DNA of 64,000 nt from Nitrospirota bacterium (GCA_963749655.1 CAVVOB010000024.1:128001-192000); one strand, 5' to 3'; positions 1 to 9,420 are shown, counted from the stretch's first letter. The notes: generated from the sequence alone by a model not told the origin. Numbers and translations are program-made.

Positions 1-2
1 TG

Positions 3-728
3 GGGGCAGCTGCGATGTTCTATCTTCAGACATACCAGCCTCTCACAACGGATTATGCCCGCATGAAGGAAGACATGGCCGCGCTGAACAAAACGAAAGC
101 GGAATTGGCCAAAATCAAAGAAAAAGAGAACAGAGAAACTGCATGGCTGAACCCCGTGATCGACGGATTAAGCAAGGAGTTCGGCGACGAAATAAAGGCG
201 GGCGAGATCGAAGTGCTTGCTGCAGGCAACCGGCTGATCGTGAACATTGCGGAGGATGCGCTCTACCTTTCCGGGTCTTATACTTTTTCAAAGGAAAGTC
301 CTAAGCTGAGAGGAAAACTGGTCTCTTTTCTGAAAAAATCCGAACTCAAAGGCAAGGATATCTGCATTGGAAATACGACTGAATCGACCCCAGCGCAACG
401 CCGGGGAAGAAAGGCAATTCCTCCGAAGGACGCCCGAACGCTTGCTGCGGAACGCTCTGCGGTCCTTATCAAGGATTTCGAGAAGAACGGTGTTGATCAG
501 AGCGTTCTTATTGGAGCGGCATTCGCGCCGAAAAATGCCGCCGCCGGCTTCAAGCTGAAAGATCGTAAGACGATCATCATCATTGAGTCCCCGATTGCCG
601 GACCTGCTGTGGCGACAAAGCAGGGCGCTGCACAGGGAGTCCCTGCGACAGCAACGGCTCCCACTGCCACACAAAAGATGCAACCCAAGACGATCCCGAT
701 CAAGCCTGCTCAACCGAAAACCAACTAG
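3..728 (+). CDS. OmpA/MotB-like domain protein, 5'-truncated by the window edge
   Basis: Frame is open to the window start. A coiled coil is followed by a MotB-like region (IKAGEIEV...LIVNIAEDALYLSGS...LAAERSA) and an Ala/Thr/Pro-rich tail. Confidence 0.55.
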   Translation, partial: GAAAMFYLQTYQPLTTDYARMKEDMAALNKTKAELAKIKEKENRETAWLNPVIDGLSKEFGDEIKAGEIEVLAAGNRLIVNIAEDALYLSGSYTFSKESPKLRGKLVSFLKKSELKGKDICIGNTTESTPAQRRGRKAIPPKDARTLAAERSAVLIKDFEKNGVDQSVLIGAAFAPKNAAAGFKLKDRKTIIIIESPIAGPAVATKQGAAQGVPATATAPTATQKMQPKTIPIKPAQPKTN

Positions 729-796
729 TTGACGGGCTCTTACGGAATGCCGTTCGCGCTGTTCTGCAGGGAGAAACGTCCGCAGTAAGCGGTATA

Positions 797-1924
797 TTGA
801 TGGCCGATGACCACCTCATAGATAGAGTCTCCGCACTGGAGGCGGAACTGCGACAGGCCCATGCCCGCGAAGAGACTCTGGAGGACCTGCTCGAAAAAAA
901 ACTGAACGAAATCTATGTTCATTATCATATCTCACGGACCATCGGTTCCATCGACAACCTGCAGGAGATGCTTCAGCAGGTCATCGACATTATCAAAAAA
1001 GCCCTTCCCTGCGATCGAGTATCAGTCTATCTCCTCAATGAGGAGCTCGAACAGCTGGAGCTCGTGTTCTTCAACGGCCCCGGCCCTGCCCGGCGGGTTC
1101 TCCTGCCGGTCGGCGTCGGGACGCCCGGACGCATTGCGGAAAGCGGCGAACACGTTCACTTCCACGACCTGTCGATTTTCTACGAGACGTTCAACGATTT
1201 TATCCATCACCCCGACGAAGAAAAAAGGAGTGGATCGTATATCGGGATTGCCCTCAAAGTGCACAACGCCACCATCGGTATCATCGGGATCGACAATCAA
1301 ACCCGGTACGGTCTGAGCGTCGATGACATGGACTTCATGGCTATCCTCTCTCACCAGATCGCCGCAGGTGTGGAGAAGTCGCTTCTCTTCGAAAAAATCC
1401 AGAAGATATCCCAGCATGACGGCCTTACCGGTCTCTACAATTACCGGATGTTTCAGGAAAAGCTGGTGCAGGAAATCAACAGAAGAAGCAGAAGCCGAAA
1501 ACCGCTCGCGCTCATGATGCTCGACATCGACCATTTCAAGCGTTTTAACGACACCTACGGACATCAGGCGGGCGACGCTGTGCTGAGGGAGCTGTCAAAA
1601 ATAATCATCAGCCAGACGCGCTGCGGCTCGATTGACATCTGCTGCCGGTATGGGGGAGAGGAATTTGCCGTCATCATGCCGGAGCTCGATTTGGTGCAAG
1701 CCGGAAAAGTCGCCGAACGTCTGAGAAAAACGGTTGAGGAAACGCAGATCGCCACCGGGAACAGGATTGTGCACGACCGTGTCACAATCAGCCTCGGCGT
1801 GGCGTGTATTGAAGGTGAAGACGATTTGTCGCCGGAAGAATTGATCAAGAAAACCGATGACGCACTGTACTGGTCAAAACGAAACGGAAGGAACCGCGTG
1901 AGTTGGAGCCCGAAAGAGAAGTAA
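797..1924 (+). CDS. GAF-GGDEF diguanylate cyclase
   Basis: GAF region, then HDGLTGLYN, DIDHFKRFNDTYGHQAGD and RYGGEEF. Confidence 0.93.
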   Translation: MMADDHLIDRVSALEAELRQAHAREETLEDLLEKKLNEIYVHYHISRTIGSIDNLQEMLQQVIDIIKKALPCDRVSVYLLNEELEQLELVFFNGPGPARRVLLPVGVGTPGRIAESGEHVHFHDLSIFYETFNDFIHHPDEEKRSGSYIGIALKVHNATIGIIGIDNQTRYGLSVDDMDFMAILSHQIAAGVEKSLLFEKIQKISQHDGLTGLYNYRMFQEKLVQEINRRSRSRKPLALMMLDIDHFKRFNDTYGHQAGDAVLRELSKIIISQTRCGSIDICCRYGGEEFAVIMPELDLVQAGKVAERLRKTVEETQIATGNRIVHDRVTISLGVACIEGEDDLSPEELIKKTDDALYWSKRNGRNRVSWSPKEK

Positions 1925-2010
1925 TGTCCTGTCGAAAGTTCAATACCCGAAAGGGTTCTATGATGGTGTCTCCCATCGCGTCCCCCGCCTGGCCACCACC
2001 TTAGTAAGGC

Positions 2011-3900
2011 TTAGAACGGCCTAGACAACTTTACGTAAAAAAGTTGCTGCTCCGTCCGATCAGCATTGTTGGGCGAATCCTGCCGCCACCGATACTGCAC
2101 CGAGACGAGTATCTGCCGGATCCGGTAATCCAGATAGGTATCCAGCAAATAAACTTGAGTCCGAGTCGTGGAGGAATGTCGGTACTCATCCCGCAGGTCC
2201 GATCGAAACTGAAGGTTCCTGGTGAGAGTATAATTAAACTTCGCGGCGCCGTAAATCACGTCATCGTCGGTTTGCGTTTCGCTCGACGATGTCAGAGTGG
2301 AGATCGTATACTCCGTGCTTGTGTTCGACTTCTGGCGCGACAGGCCGGTGCTGAGCGTCAGATAGTAAGTCGGGGTATAGTCGGCGCCGAGGTCATAGGA
2401 GAACGAACGGCCCCTGTTGCTCGTCGTCTGGTTGGCCTCGACCATGGAGAGGACCAGACTCGCGTAGCGCTGCTCCTGGTAAGCGGCTGTAGCGCGCAGC
2501 GTGGTTCTGGTCACACGCCGGGATAAAAAATTGAATTTCAGACTCTCCACTTCCGAGTTGTTCTGGAGCGTAGAGCTGTCCCTTTTATTCGAATAGGAGG
2601 CGTACAGCGAGAGATTCTCCTGTTTCCAGTCTTTGCTGTTGAAGCCCATATCCGCTGCATTCGTATAGTAAATACCGCTCCCGGTCTGCTGGCCGCTTAT
2701 ATTCGATGTATACCGCGCAAAACCATAACCGAAGGTGTAGTCTGTGAGAAACGAAAACGGTCCGAGAAATTCCGGCGTATATATTTTCTTGTACGAAACG
2801 CCTGCCTCTGCGCCGCCGCTTGAAAGAGTGCTGTCTTGTTCCGGCGTGCTGTCGGTCGCCTTCGTCACATAGTTGGCGATGGTATACTTCAAGCCGCCGG
2901 TTGCCGATAAATATTCATTGATCTTATACGTCATACCGGCTGCAGCGGTCTGATAACTACTGAAAACAGACGATGACTGCATATCATAAAAGTTGTAGCT
3001 GTAATAATGACGGATGCTGTTTTTTTCCTTGAAATCAAGCTGCGCGTTCATTGTCGTGGCGAGGGATGAGGAGTCGAAACCGGACATGTTCTTCGTTGTG
3101 CGATCGGTCAAGTTGCCGTTGATTTTCAAGTCGGCATTCCGGGTCACCTGCGTCGTGGCGTCCAGGTTCACCGTTGTGGTATCGTACGCTGAAGAATCTT
3201 CCAGATTTTTGTATTTCTCCAGGCCCGCCGTAAGGTCCAACTTCGTCGAAGAAACCGGATGAAAATTCAGCGCAGCCTGGGTCTTGTCCAGGGTTTCATG
3301 GCGCGGGGAATCAGAACTAAGGGATTCGGATTCGGTGTGAGTGCTGCTGAGAGTGATATCAGGCAGCGGCATTTGCCAGGACTTTTTAAAATTATTATTA
3401 TTATTATTGTTGTTATTATTATTGCTGCTGCTATTGTTCCTTCCATTTCTGATTCCTCTGCTCAAATTCAGGTACACCGTGCCTCCATACTGGGTCGACA
3501 GGATATCATATCCTGCAATGGTGGAGTCGCTTTGTACGGTTGTCGTGCTTTTTGCTACAAAAAAATCGGCGCTGTACTTCATCCCGGGGAAAAGACTTGT
3601 AGAAAAATTATAGTCAAGTGACTTGCTGCCCTGGCCGTGGGCTGAGTCGTCAACCCGATAACCAATGCCGAGCGTATATTGTATCGCCCGGGGATCCAAG
3701 AAATAATTCTGTAAATTCGCCTTATAGTACTGGCTCCATTGCTGATCGGAACTCCGAGCACTGCCTGTTTTTGTTTCGTAATTACGGTAGGAAAATTCCA
3801 CAATACCCGAGACGTTATATGCGTCAGCCTGGCTGGTCAGGAGCGCCAGAGCGAGGGATAGAAAGAAATATATTGCTGCATTTTTAAGAACAGTCTTCAC
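2011..3900 (-). CDS. Large outer-membrane beta-barrel protein (cytochrome-cluster-associated porin/export barrel candidate)
   Basis: Signal peptide (..ADA|YN), alternating aromatic beta-strands rich in Tyr/Ser/Thr, and a C-terminal BAM-type signal FYVKLSRPF. Confidence 0.75.
   Translation of the reverse strand: MKTVLKNAAIYFFLSLALALLTSQADAYNVSGIVEFSYRNYETKTGSARSSDQQWSQYYKANLQNYFLDPRAIQYTLGIGYRVDDSAHGQGSKSLDYNFSTSLFPGMKYSADFFVAKSTTTVQSDSTIAGYDILSTQYGGTVYLNLSRGIRNGRNNSSSNNNNNNNNNNNFKKSWQMPLPDITLSSTHTESESLSSDSPRHETLDKTQAALNFHPVSSTKLDLTAGLEKYKNLEDSSAYDTTTVNLDATTQVTRNADLKINGNLTDRTTKNMSGFDSSSLATTMNAQLDFKEKNSIRHYYSYNFYDMQSSSVFSSYQTAAAGMTYKINEYLSATGGLKYTIANYVTKATDSTPEQDSTLSSGGAEAGVSYKKIYTPEFLGPFSFLTDYTFGYGFARYTSNISGQQTGSGIYYTNAADMGFNSKDWKQENLSLYASYSNKRDSSTLQNNSEVESLKFNFLSRRVTRTTLRATAAYQEQRYASLVLSMVEANQTTSNRGRSFSYDLGADYTPTYYLTLSTGLSRQKSNTSTEYTISTLTSSSETQTDDDVIYGAAKFNYTLTRNLQFRSDLRDEYRHSSTTRTQVYLLDTYLDYRIRQILVSVQYRWRQDSPNNADRTEQQLFYVKLSRPF
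3391..3423 (-). repeat. AAT/AAC trinucleotide tract encoding 11 Asn
   Basis: Plus strand reads attattattattattattgttgttattattatt, in frame inside the barrel gene. Confidence 0.9.
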
Positions 3901-3951
3901 GAGGATATTTGCTTAATTCCTTTGCATCATATTTCACGCCTAACTGATGAA

Positions 3952-3967
3952 TGCAAATATCCTGCCC
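3952..3967 (-). promoter_or_regulatory. sigma54 (-24/-12) promoter of the beta-barrel gene
   Basis: Minus strand GGGCAGGATATTTGCA has exact GG-N10-GC spacing, about 50 nt upstream of the GTG start. Confidence 0.6.
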
Positions 3968-4039
3968 ATTACATAATATATTATTATGTTGTTTTTCAAC
4001 TACTTAATTGTTTATTAGCAGCTCGGTAGGAATGATAAA

Positions 4040-4077
4040 TGAGCATAAATGCTCATTGAGGTGAGTATAAATACACT
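4040..4077. promoter_or_regulatory. Palindromic activator site(s) TGAGC-N6-GCTCA (bEBP UAS candidate)
   Basis: TGAGCATAAATGCTCA at 4040-4055, plus a degenerate copy TGAGTATAAATACACT 22 bp further on. The same motif occurs at 8062. Confidence 0.6.
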
Positions 4078-4122
4078 AATATAGCAACAAAGAATTAGCG
4101 GCTTGATTCAACAGTTTACGGC

Positions 4123-5061
4123 TCACTTGGCCTGTTTCTCTTTAATGGGAATCAATTCAATCTTTGCCTTTGCTCTCAATGATGTCAGCCACGCCTCCAG
4201 CAGTTCTTTATATTTTTCTTTTTCCTGGTCCTTTTTGAGCTTGTCTTTTACTTCAGCGAAAAGCATCTGATGCTCAGGCTGTATATCTTCAACCTTGATG
4301 ATATACCACTCGCCTTCCGCCGCGATAATATCGCTCACCTCGCCAACTTTCATTTTAAAGGCTGCGTTTTCCAGTTCAGGCACGATCCTGCCGCGGTGAA
4401 TATATCCGAGATCGCCACCCTTAACGCGATAAGCGTCAGCAGACATCGCCTCAGCGATGTCGCCGAAATTCTCTCCGGTCTTGATTCTGGTCAGTGCTTC
4501 TTCTGCCTTTTTCAGGGTCGTCGAAGAGATTATACGCAGCCGCACACCTTCCGGTTTAATGAATTTGGATGTATTGTTCTGATAATAATTCTTCAGCGCC
4601 TCGTCACTGATTTTAGAAGGTTCTGCTGCCATCTTTCTGGTTGCCTCCTGCGCGACGAGCCATTTTTCGATCCGCTCAATAAGGGCAGCCTCGGTCAGTC
4701 CCGTCCGTTCAAGGGTCTCCTGATACTCCTTTTTGGACTTGAAGCCGTCCCTGATCCGTTTTATTTCCGCCTTTACCTGTTTTTTGTCCGGCTTAAGACC
4801 TCGTGCGACACCATCCTGATACCGGAGTTCCAGGTTGACCAGATTTTCCAGCGCTTTTTCACGAAATTCCGCACGCCTTTCTTCCGTTACATTCCCGTGA
4901 TATGTTGCACGCGGGATCAAGGCGTTTATTTCCGACTCAACGTCCCCGTTAGAAATAACGGCACCGTTCACTTTGGCGGCAATGTCGATTTGTTCCGCAG
5001 CGAAAGCATGTATGCCGTAAAAAAGAAAAACCGCTTGCACCAACACGACGAACTTCTTCAT
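4123..5061 (-). CDS. Periplasmic parvulin-type peptidyl-prolyl isomerase (SurA/PrsA-like)
   Basis: Signal peptide, AAKVNG SurA-N-like start, and PpiC motifs (GENFGDIA, KGGDLGY, ELENAAF, GEVSDII). Confidence 0.9.
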   Translation of the reverse strand: MKKFVVLVQAVFLFYGIHAFAAEQIDIAAKVNGAVISNGDVESEINALIPRATYHGNVTEERRAEFREKALENLVNLELRYQDGVARGLKPDKKQVKAEIKRIRDGFKSKKEYQETLERTGLTEAALIERIEKWLVAQEATRKMAAEPSKISDEALKNYYQNNTSKFIKPEGVRLRIISSTTLKKAEEALTRIKTGENFGDIAEAMSADAYRVKGGDLGYIHRGRIVPELENAAFKMKVGEVSDIIAAEGEWYIIKVEDIQPEHQMLFAEVKDKLKKDQEKEKYKELLEAWLTSLRAKAKIELIPIKEKQAK

Positions 5062-5182
5062 TACGAGCAGATCTCCTTAATCAAGGTTCAGCGATAAAAC
5101 AAAGCCTCAGGCGCTGCAAAGGGTTCCCGCTTTTTGCACCCCTGCAATTAAGACGTCTCCGGCCGATCGCATCACAATCCGG

Positions 5183-6289
5183 TCACTTCTGCTCCTCGGC
5201 TTTTGCCGGGGGAACGCTCTTCACGACATTTCTCTGACTGAAGTCAAGATAGGCTTTATATTCGTCAGGGTGTTCTTTTTTCCATTTTACGCTCAGATAC
5301 TGGAAAACCTGGATTCTTGAGTTCACTTGATCGGCGACATAGATCCTGTCTTGAGAGTCCACAAACAGGCCTGCCGGCAACTGGAAGGCCCCGGCGCTGC
5401 GGCCTGCGTCGCCGATATAGGATAGGAGCTGTCCGTCCTTATTGAAAATCTGGAAATTATTAAAAGCTGCGTCAGCAACATACACCTGCTCTTCGCTGTC
5501 AACTCCGATGCCTTTGGGTCGCGAAAAGGTGCCGAACACGTCGCCAAGTTCTCCGAACTTGCTGATGAATTTCCCGTCGGGATCAAAAATCTCGACACGG
5601 AAGTTGTTCGTGTCCACAACGTATACATTGCCCGAGGCGCGACTCACGGCTATATTGGTCGGTCCGTACAATTCGCCGTTCTCACTGCCTTGTTTTCCTA
5701 TGCTGAACAGATATTGTCCTGCAAGAGAATACACAAAAATAGTATGGGCCCTGCTGTCTACGACATACAACCTGCCCAAACGGTTATTGACTGCAAGGCC
5801 GCTGGGGTTTTTCATGCCCTCTTTTGAGCCGAAGGTCCTCAAAAACTCGCCCTGTGCATTGAATGCCGCTACTCTTCCCAGTCCGCCGTCCGCGATAAAG
5901 ACAGACCCGTCATCGGCCACAGCCACGCCCAGCGGTTTGCGTATGACCACCTCCGGTCCCTTTGGGAGAAAGGACACCGTCTGCTGCTTTGTATCCATAA
6001 TGACGACGGTCGCATTTACGGAATCGGCAACGTAGATTTTTTCGGCCCATGCGCTAACGCCGTAGGGTTTTTGTATATCCGCCCCGGAAAGTCTGGAGCC
6101 CAGCAGCATATCGAGGAAGGTCGGCTCTTTAAGGTCGATCATCCCCCGATAGTACTTGAGAAATGCTATTTTGGGTTCATCGGGCGCCGGAGGCCATACA
6201 AGCTTATGCGTGGAATCGGTCTTTGCCGCACAGGCGAAGAGCATCGCCGCCAGAGAGACAACAGATGCGAAAAAAAACACTTTTCTCAT
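5183..6289 (-). CDS. NHL-repeat beta-propeller lipoprotein
   Basis: AGGAG RBS before MRKVFF, lipobox LFAC, WPPAPDEPKI motif, and multiple NHL repeats (P.G+AV...+YV.D). Confidence 0.9.
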   Translation of the reverse strand: MRKVFFFASVVSLAAMLFACAAKTDSTHKLVWPPAPDEPKIAFLKYYRGMIDLKEPTFLDMLLGSRLSGADIQKPYGVSAWAEKIYVADSVNATVVIMDTKQQTVSFLPKGPEVVIRKPLGVAVADDGSVFIADGGLGRVAAFNAQGEFLRTFGSKEGMKNPSGLAVNNRLGRLYVVDSRAHTIFVYSLAGQYLFSIGKQGSENGELYGPTNIAVSRASGNVYVVDTNNFRVEIFDPDGKFISKFGELGDVFGTFSRPKGIGVDSEEQVYVADAAFNNFQIFNKDGQLLSYIGDAGRSAGAFQLPAGLFVDSQDRIYVADQVNSRIQVFQYLSVKWKKEHPDEYKAYLDFSQRNVVKSVPPAKAEEQK

Positions 6290-6692
6290 GCTTAACTCCT
6301 CGCCGGGATAAACGGCATTTATAAGCGCTCCCGCCCTGCAAAGGAAGACTTTTTCGAGAGCGCGAACACCATTTTTTACCACAGTTCAATCCTGCAAGTC
6401 AAAACAATAATCACGAACGGACTGGACTGTGCAGGGTGGTCACCGGTAACGCCACTCGCCTCACCATCGGAAATGCACGGAACCCGGAATGCCTGCAAAC
6501 AGACCACAGATGCGCGCTACTTCGAAAATCAGCGCCATGCGTTGAGATACTGACTAACTTCTTTAAAATGACTCGTCAAAATGATCATCCCGAAAAAGTC
6601 GCGAAAGACTCTTTTCGTGCTGCGTTGAAGAGGTGTCATTATTATCGAGGCATCAACAAAGGGATGCGTTTTTTTTATATAAAACTATTTTC

Positions 6693-6718
6693 ACGCGGAG
6701 ACGCGGAGTCGCGGAGAG
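6693..6718 (+). repeat. Three 8-nt-period CGCGGAG units (one arm of an intergenic repeat family)
   Basis: acgcggagacgcggagtcgcggagag; related to the element at 50151-50222. Confidence 0.55.
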
Positions 6719-6923
6719 AGGATAAATCTCTTAAGAGTCGTTAGTTATATAATATTGGATTAATCAGGAGCCTAATTTAATATCTTCTCGTCTTTCGTTG
6801 ACTTCTCTTTAAGTAGCTGGTCGTACCTGGCTGCTTTACACGAGATTGTCATTCGCAGCATTTTTCAGTTTTTTAACCGGTTCTTCTGTGTCCAAATATT
6901 GAGTAGCCTAACCTTGATCAGAG

Positions 6924-6955
6924 AAAAATAAAGGAGGGGTTGCCCCCTCCTTTAT
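6924..6955 (-). terminator. Intrinsic terminator after the cytochrome gene
   Basis: ATAAAGGAGGGG/CCCCTCCTTTAT 12-bp stem followed by a U-tract on the minus strand. Confidence 0.8.
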
Positions 6956-6979
6956 GATAAAACCAGACTGGTACTGCGT

Positions 6980-7658
6980 CTACTTGTTGGCGTGGCATCC
7001 GACGCAGATCCCTGAAATAGCGACGCGGAGGAACTTTGTATGCGTCGTATTGTCATGAGGATCATGGCAGGAACCGCATTCAACCGTAAGGGTGGTCCCG
7101 TTATTATACACTTTCAAACCATTATTCGCGCTAGTGGTAAGATCGGTAAGACCTGCTGCACCGGGACGATACTCGATACCGACCGGATGGTCGTTCGTGA
7201 GTGCGTTCGTGCCGTCGATTATGTCGGCAGTGCTGTCGGCCGTGATCGTATCCGTTGCAGCGTTGAAGCGGGTCGCCGTAGTAGCCGTGATATCGCCGCC
7301 CTGTGTTGCGCCGTACACTGTCGTCACTGCCGTTGCGCCGTCATGGCAGCTGAGACAGGTCAAGGAATTGGGGCCCAATGCAGTCGGGGCCGCGGCGCTC
7401 AATGTGGTCGACGAGTACAGAGAATAAGCATTCGTCGCCGCGACGGTTCTGTTCCAGAGCGGCGCACCAGTGGCTACCCGGGTTCGACCGGTGAGGGGTA
7501 TGGCAATACTGACAAGCCGATATACCCGTGGCGTTCGTATAGGAACCGCCCGTTGAACCAGAAAAATCATGCAAACTCTGCGCAACTGCTGCCATTGCAA
7601 CATTCGCTCCGACGAGCGCCATTGCAACTACTACTGCTACAACCAAAATCTTTTTCAT
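6980..7658 (-). CDS. omcE: Tetrahaem c-type cytochrome, OmcE-like (one-base frameshift near 7477-7482)
   Basis: Joining ORF 7341-7658 with ORF 6980-7627 gives about 225 aa: signal peptide, HDFS, CQYCHTPH, PLWNR, LYSS, CLSCHDG, NDHPV, ECGSCHDPH, FLR, CVGCH. This is the motif order I recall for Geobacter OmcE. Confidence 0.8.
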
Positions 7659-7981
7659 TGCATTTTTCTCCTTTTCTTGTAATTTTACGTCCTCACAAAT
7701 TTACAGAACTTAAAATTAGTCCCCCCCCCGCCATGCTATTCGAAATTTAACGATCATCACTTCGAATCGCCCACCGAAACCAACTAGCGGCGGTTGTGAA
7801 TATGCTGCTTGTTGGCAGCCATTCCCTCCTTCCCGCATTCATGCTGATTAATGAATAAACTTACTGAACATTCAAGTGCGGTTGATAAGTTCTCTAGTAA
7901 ACAAGCTATGAATTAATGATTTTATTTGATTGAATTCAAATGTATTTATGAAGCGCTGTTACTTTTTCATGACGTTATCTT

Positions 7982-7997
7982 AGCAATAGGCATGCCA
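7982..7997 (-). promoter_or_regulatory. sigma54 (-24/-12) promoter of the cytochrome gene
   Basis: Minus strand TGGCATGCCTATTGCT is near the consensus TGGCACG-N4-TTGCW. Confidence 0.75.
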
Positions 7998-8061
7998 TAG
8001 CGTAACAAATTGAAAAATAATATAAAAATTAAAAAAGAGATATCCTAATTGATGGTTATCT

Positions 8062-8097
8062 TGAGCGATATTGCTCATTGCTGATGGTATATGCACA
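8062..8097. promoter_or_regulatory. Palindromic activator site(s) TGAGC-N6-GCTCA (bEBP UAS candidate)
   Basis: TGAGCGATATTGCTCA at 8062-8077, with a weak second copy TGATGGTATATGCACA at 8082-8097. Confidence 0.6.
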
Positions 8098-8488
8098 TGT
8101 GACAATGTATAAATTCAACCTGTCACAGGTCTCTGGATTTCCCAAAAAAAAAGTTTTGTGTACGTATCGTGAAGGAATCGGAAGGCAAAAAAAAATGGTG
8201 TTTGAGAAAAGAGTATAACAAGAAGAAAAAAAATTTGTGAGTTTTTTACTGCAACAAAGAGTTTATTTTATGCGTTTTGTGACATATTTATGCGATCGAC
8301 TGTGAATTTCGATCATTGCCTGATACATATTGACCGAAAATCGAGATCGAAAAACACAGGTGTCCCAGTGTCTTTGAAAGTAGAAATCACGTAAGGCTAA
8401 TAGGTGCAAGAGGCGGGCTTCTTTGACGTTTACAGCAATACTCCGGCAGGAAACAAATGCAGGCAACCGTCACACTGCAACGCGTGAA

Positions 8489-9319
8489 TCAGCGTCGCAT
8501 TTTCAAGGTATTGTTTATGTATTGTACGAAACCTGCGGCCCGTTGACGCGCTGCGGGATCGGATTCCATGGACGCATATTTCGTCGCATACTCCATTGCC
8601 TGCCTGTAATTTCCCGCCTTTTCCATGGCAATGGCCACGTTCCAGTACCGAGCGGGAACATCAGGTTCACGTTCGATGGCCATGAGGAAATACTTGACCG
8701 CTTTTGCGTATTCCTGTTTGCCCATGTATGCCTGGCCCATGGTGTTGAGCGCTTGCGGCATGCCGGGACTTCCGGCAAGGGCAGACTGGGCAACCGAGAC
8801 GGCCTCGTCGAACCGGTTTTTTTGCATCAGGACGATCGACAAATTGTTGAGAAGGCTGGGATCATTCGGAGCATAGCGCAATCCCGTTTTCCACGCCTCG
8901 ATGGCGTCGTAATACCGGGCCATCCTGAAATGTACGACTCCGATCTCGCGATAAAGGTCGCGGAGCGGAACGCTTCCATCGTCCGGCAGGGATATGACCG
9001 TCTCGAATTCGCGCAGGGCGGATTCGTAGTATTTCGTTGCCTCAGCCACGGACTTGGACAACGACCCAGCGGTGGACAGCGCCTGCCCGTAGTTCTCGTG
9101 CGCTCTCCGCTTGTTCGGGGCGCTCTCCGTCACGCTTTTCCAGAGTGTGACATAGGTGTGGTAGATGCTGTTTCTCGCATAGGCCGCCGCGCCCAGGGCG
9201 CCGATTATCAGCATATACAACGCCACCGTTACAAGGACAAGCCTGTTGTCCTGCCGGGGAATTGTCATTGAGACCGAAGCCCCCTGCACCTGCTTCGATC
9301 GTTTCTTTCCTTTCGCCAT
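8489..9319 (-). CDS. Membrane-anchored TPR protein resembling the C-terminal half of TMTC-like glycosyltransferases
   Basis: One TM helix, then ARNSIY..YVTLW....SAPNKRRAHENYG and several TPR repeats. AAGGAG RBS before MAKGKK. Confidence 0.75.
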   Translation of the reverse strand: MAKGKKRSKQVQGASVSMTIPRQDNRLVLVTVALYMLIIGALGAAAYARNSIYHTYVTLWKSVTESAPNKRRAHENYGQALSTAGSLSKSVAEATKYYESALREFETVISLPDDGSVPLRDLYREIGVVHFRMARYYDAIEAWKTGLRYAPNDPSLLNNLSIVLMQKNRFDEAVSVAQSALAGSPGMPQALNTMGQAYMGKQEYAKAVKYFLMAIEREPDVPARYWNVAIAMEKAGNYRQAMEYATKYASMESDPAARQRAAGFVQYINNTLKMRR

Positions 9320-9420
9320 GCCTGCTCCTTGCTTAAGCAACCGCCTGCGTCACCTCAGATTTTGCATTCTATCTGTGCACTCGGCTTTGTGTCAAGAAAA
9401 ATGATTCCTATTCCTGTATC

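Noticed and set aside
797-1924. Possible Hypr GGDEF (3',3'-cGAMP synthase) next to a nanowire locus
   Set aside because: It keeps the canonical Asp in YGHQAGD (Hypr enzymes have Ser/Thr there), so it is an ordinary diguanylate cyclase.
7477-7482. Programmed frameshift or phase variation in the cytochrome gene
   Set aside because: There is no slippery heptamer or long homopolymer, and the window has many similar indels in essential genes, so sequencing error is more likely.
7659-7980. GEMM-I c-di-GMP/cGAMP riboswitch upstream of the cytochrome
   Set aside because: No GGCAAA/GAAA/CGCAAAG core was found by eye.
8098-8127. TGTGACA-N16-TGTCACA inverted repeat as a CRP/FNR site
   Set aside because: The spacing does not fit CRP/FNR and no second instance supports it.
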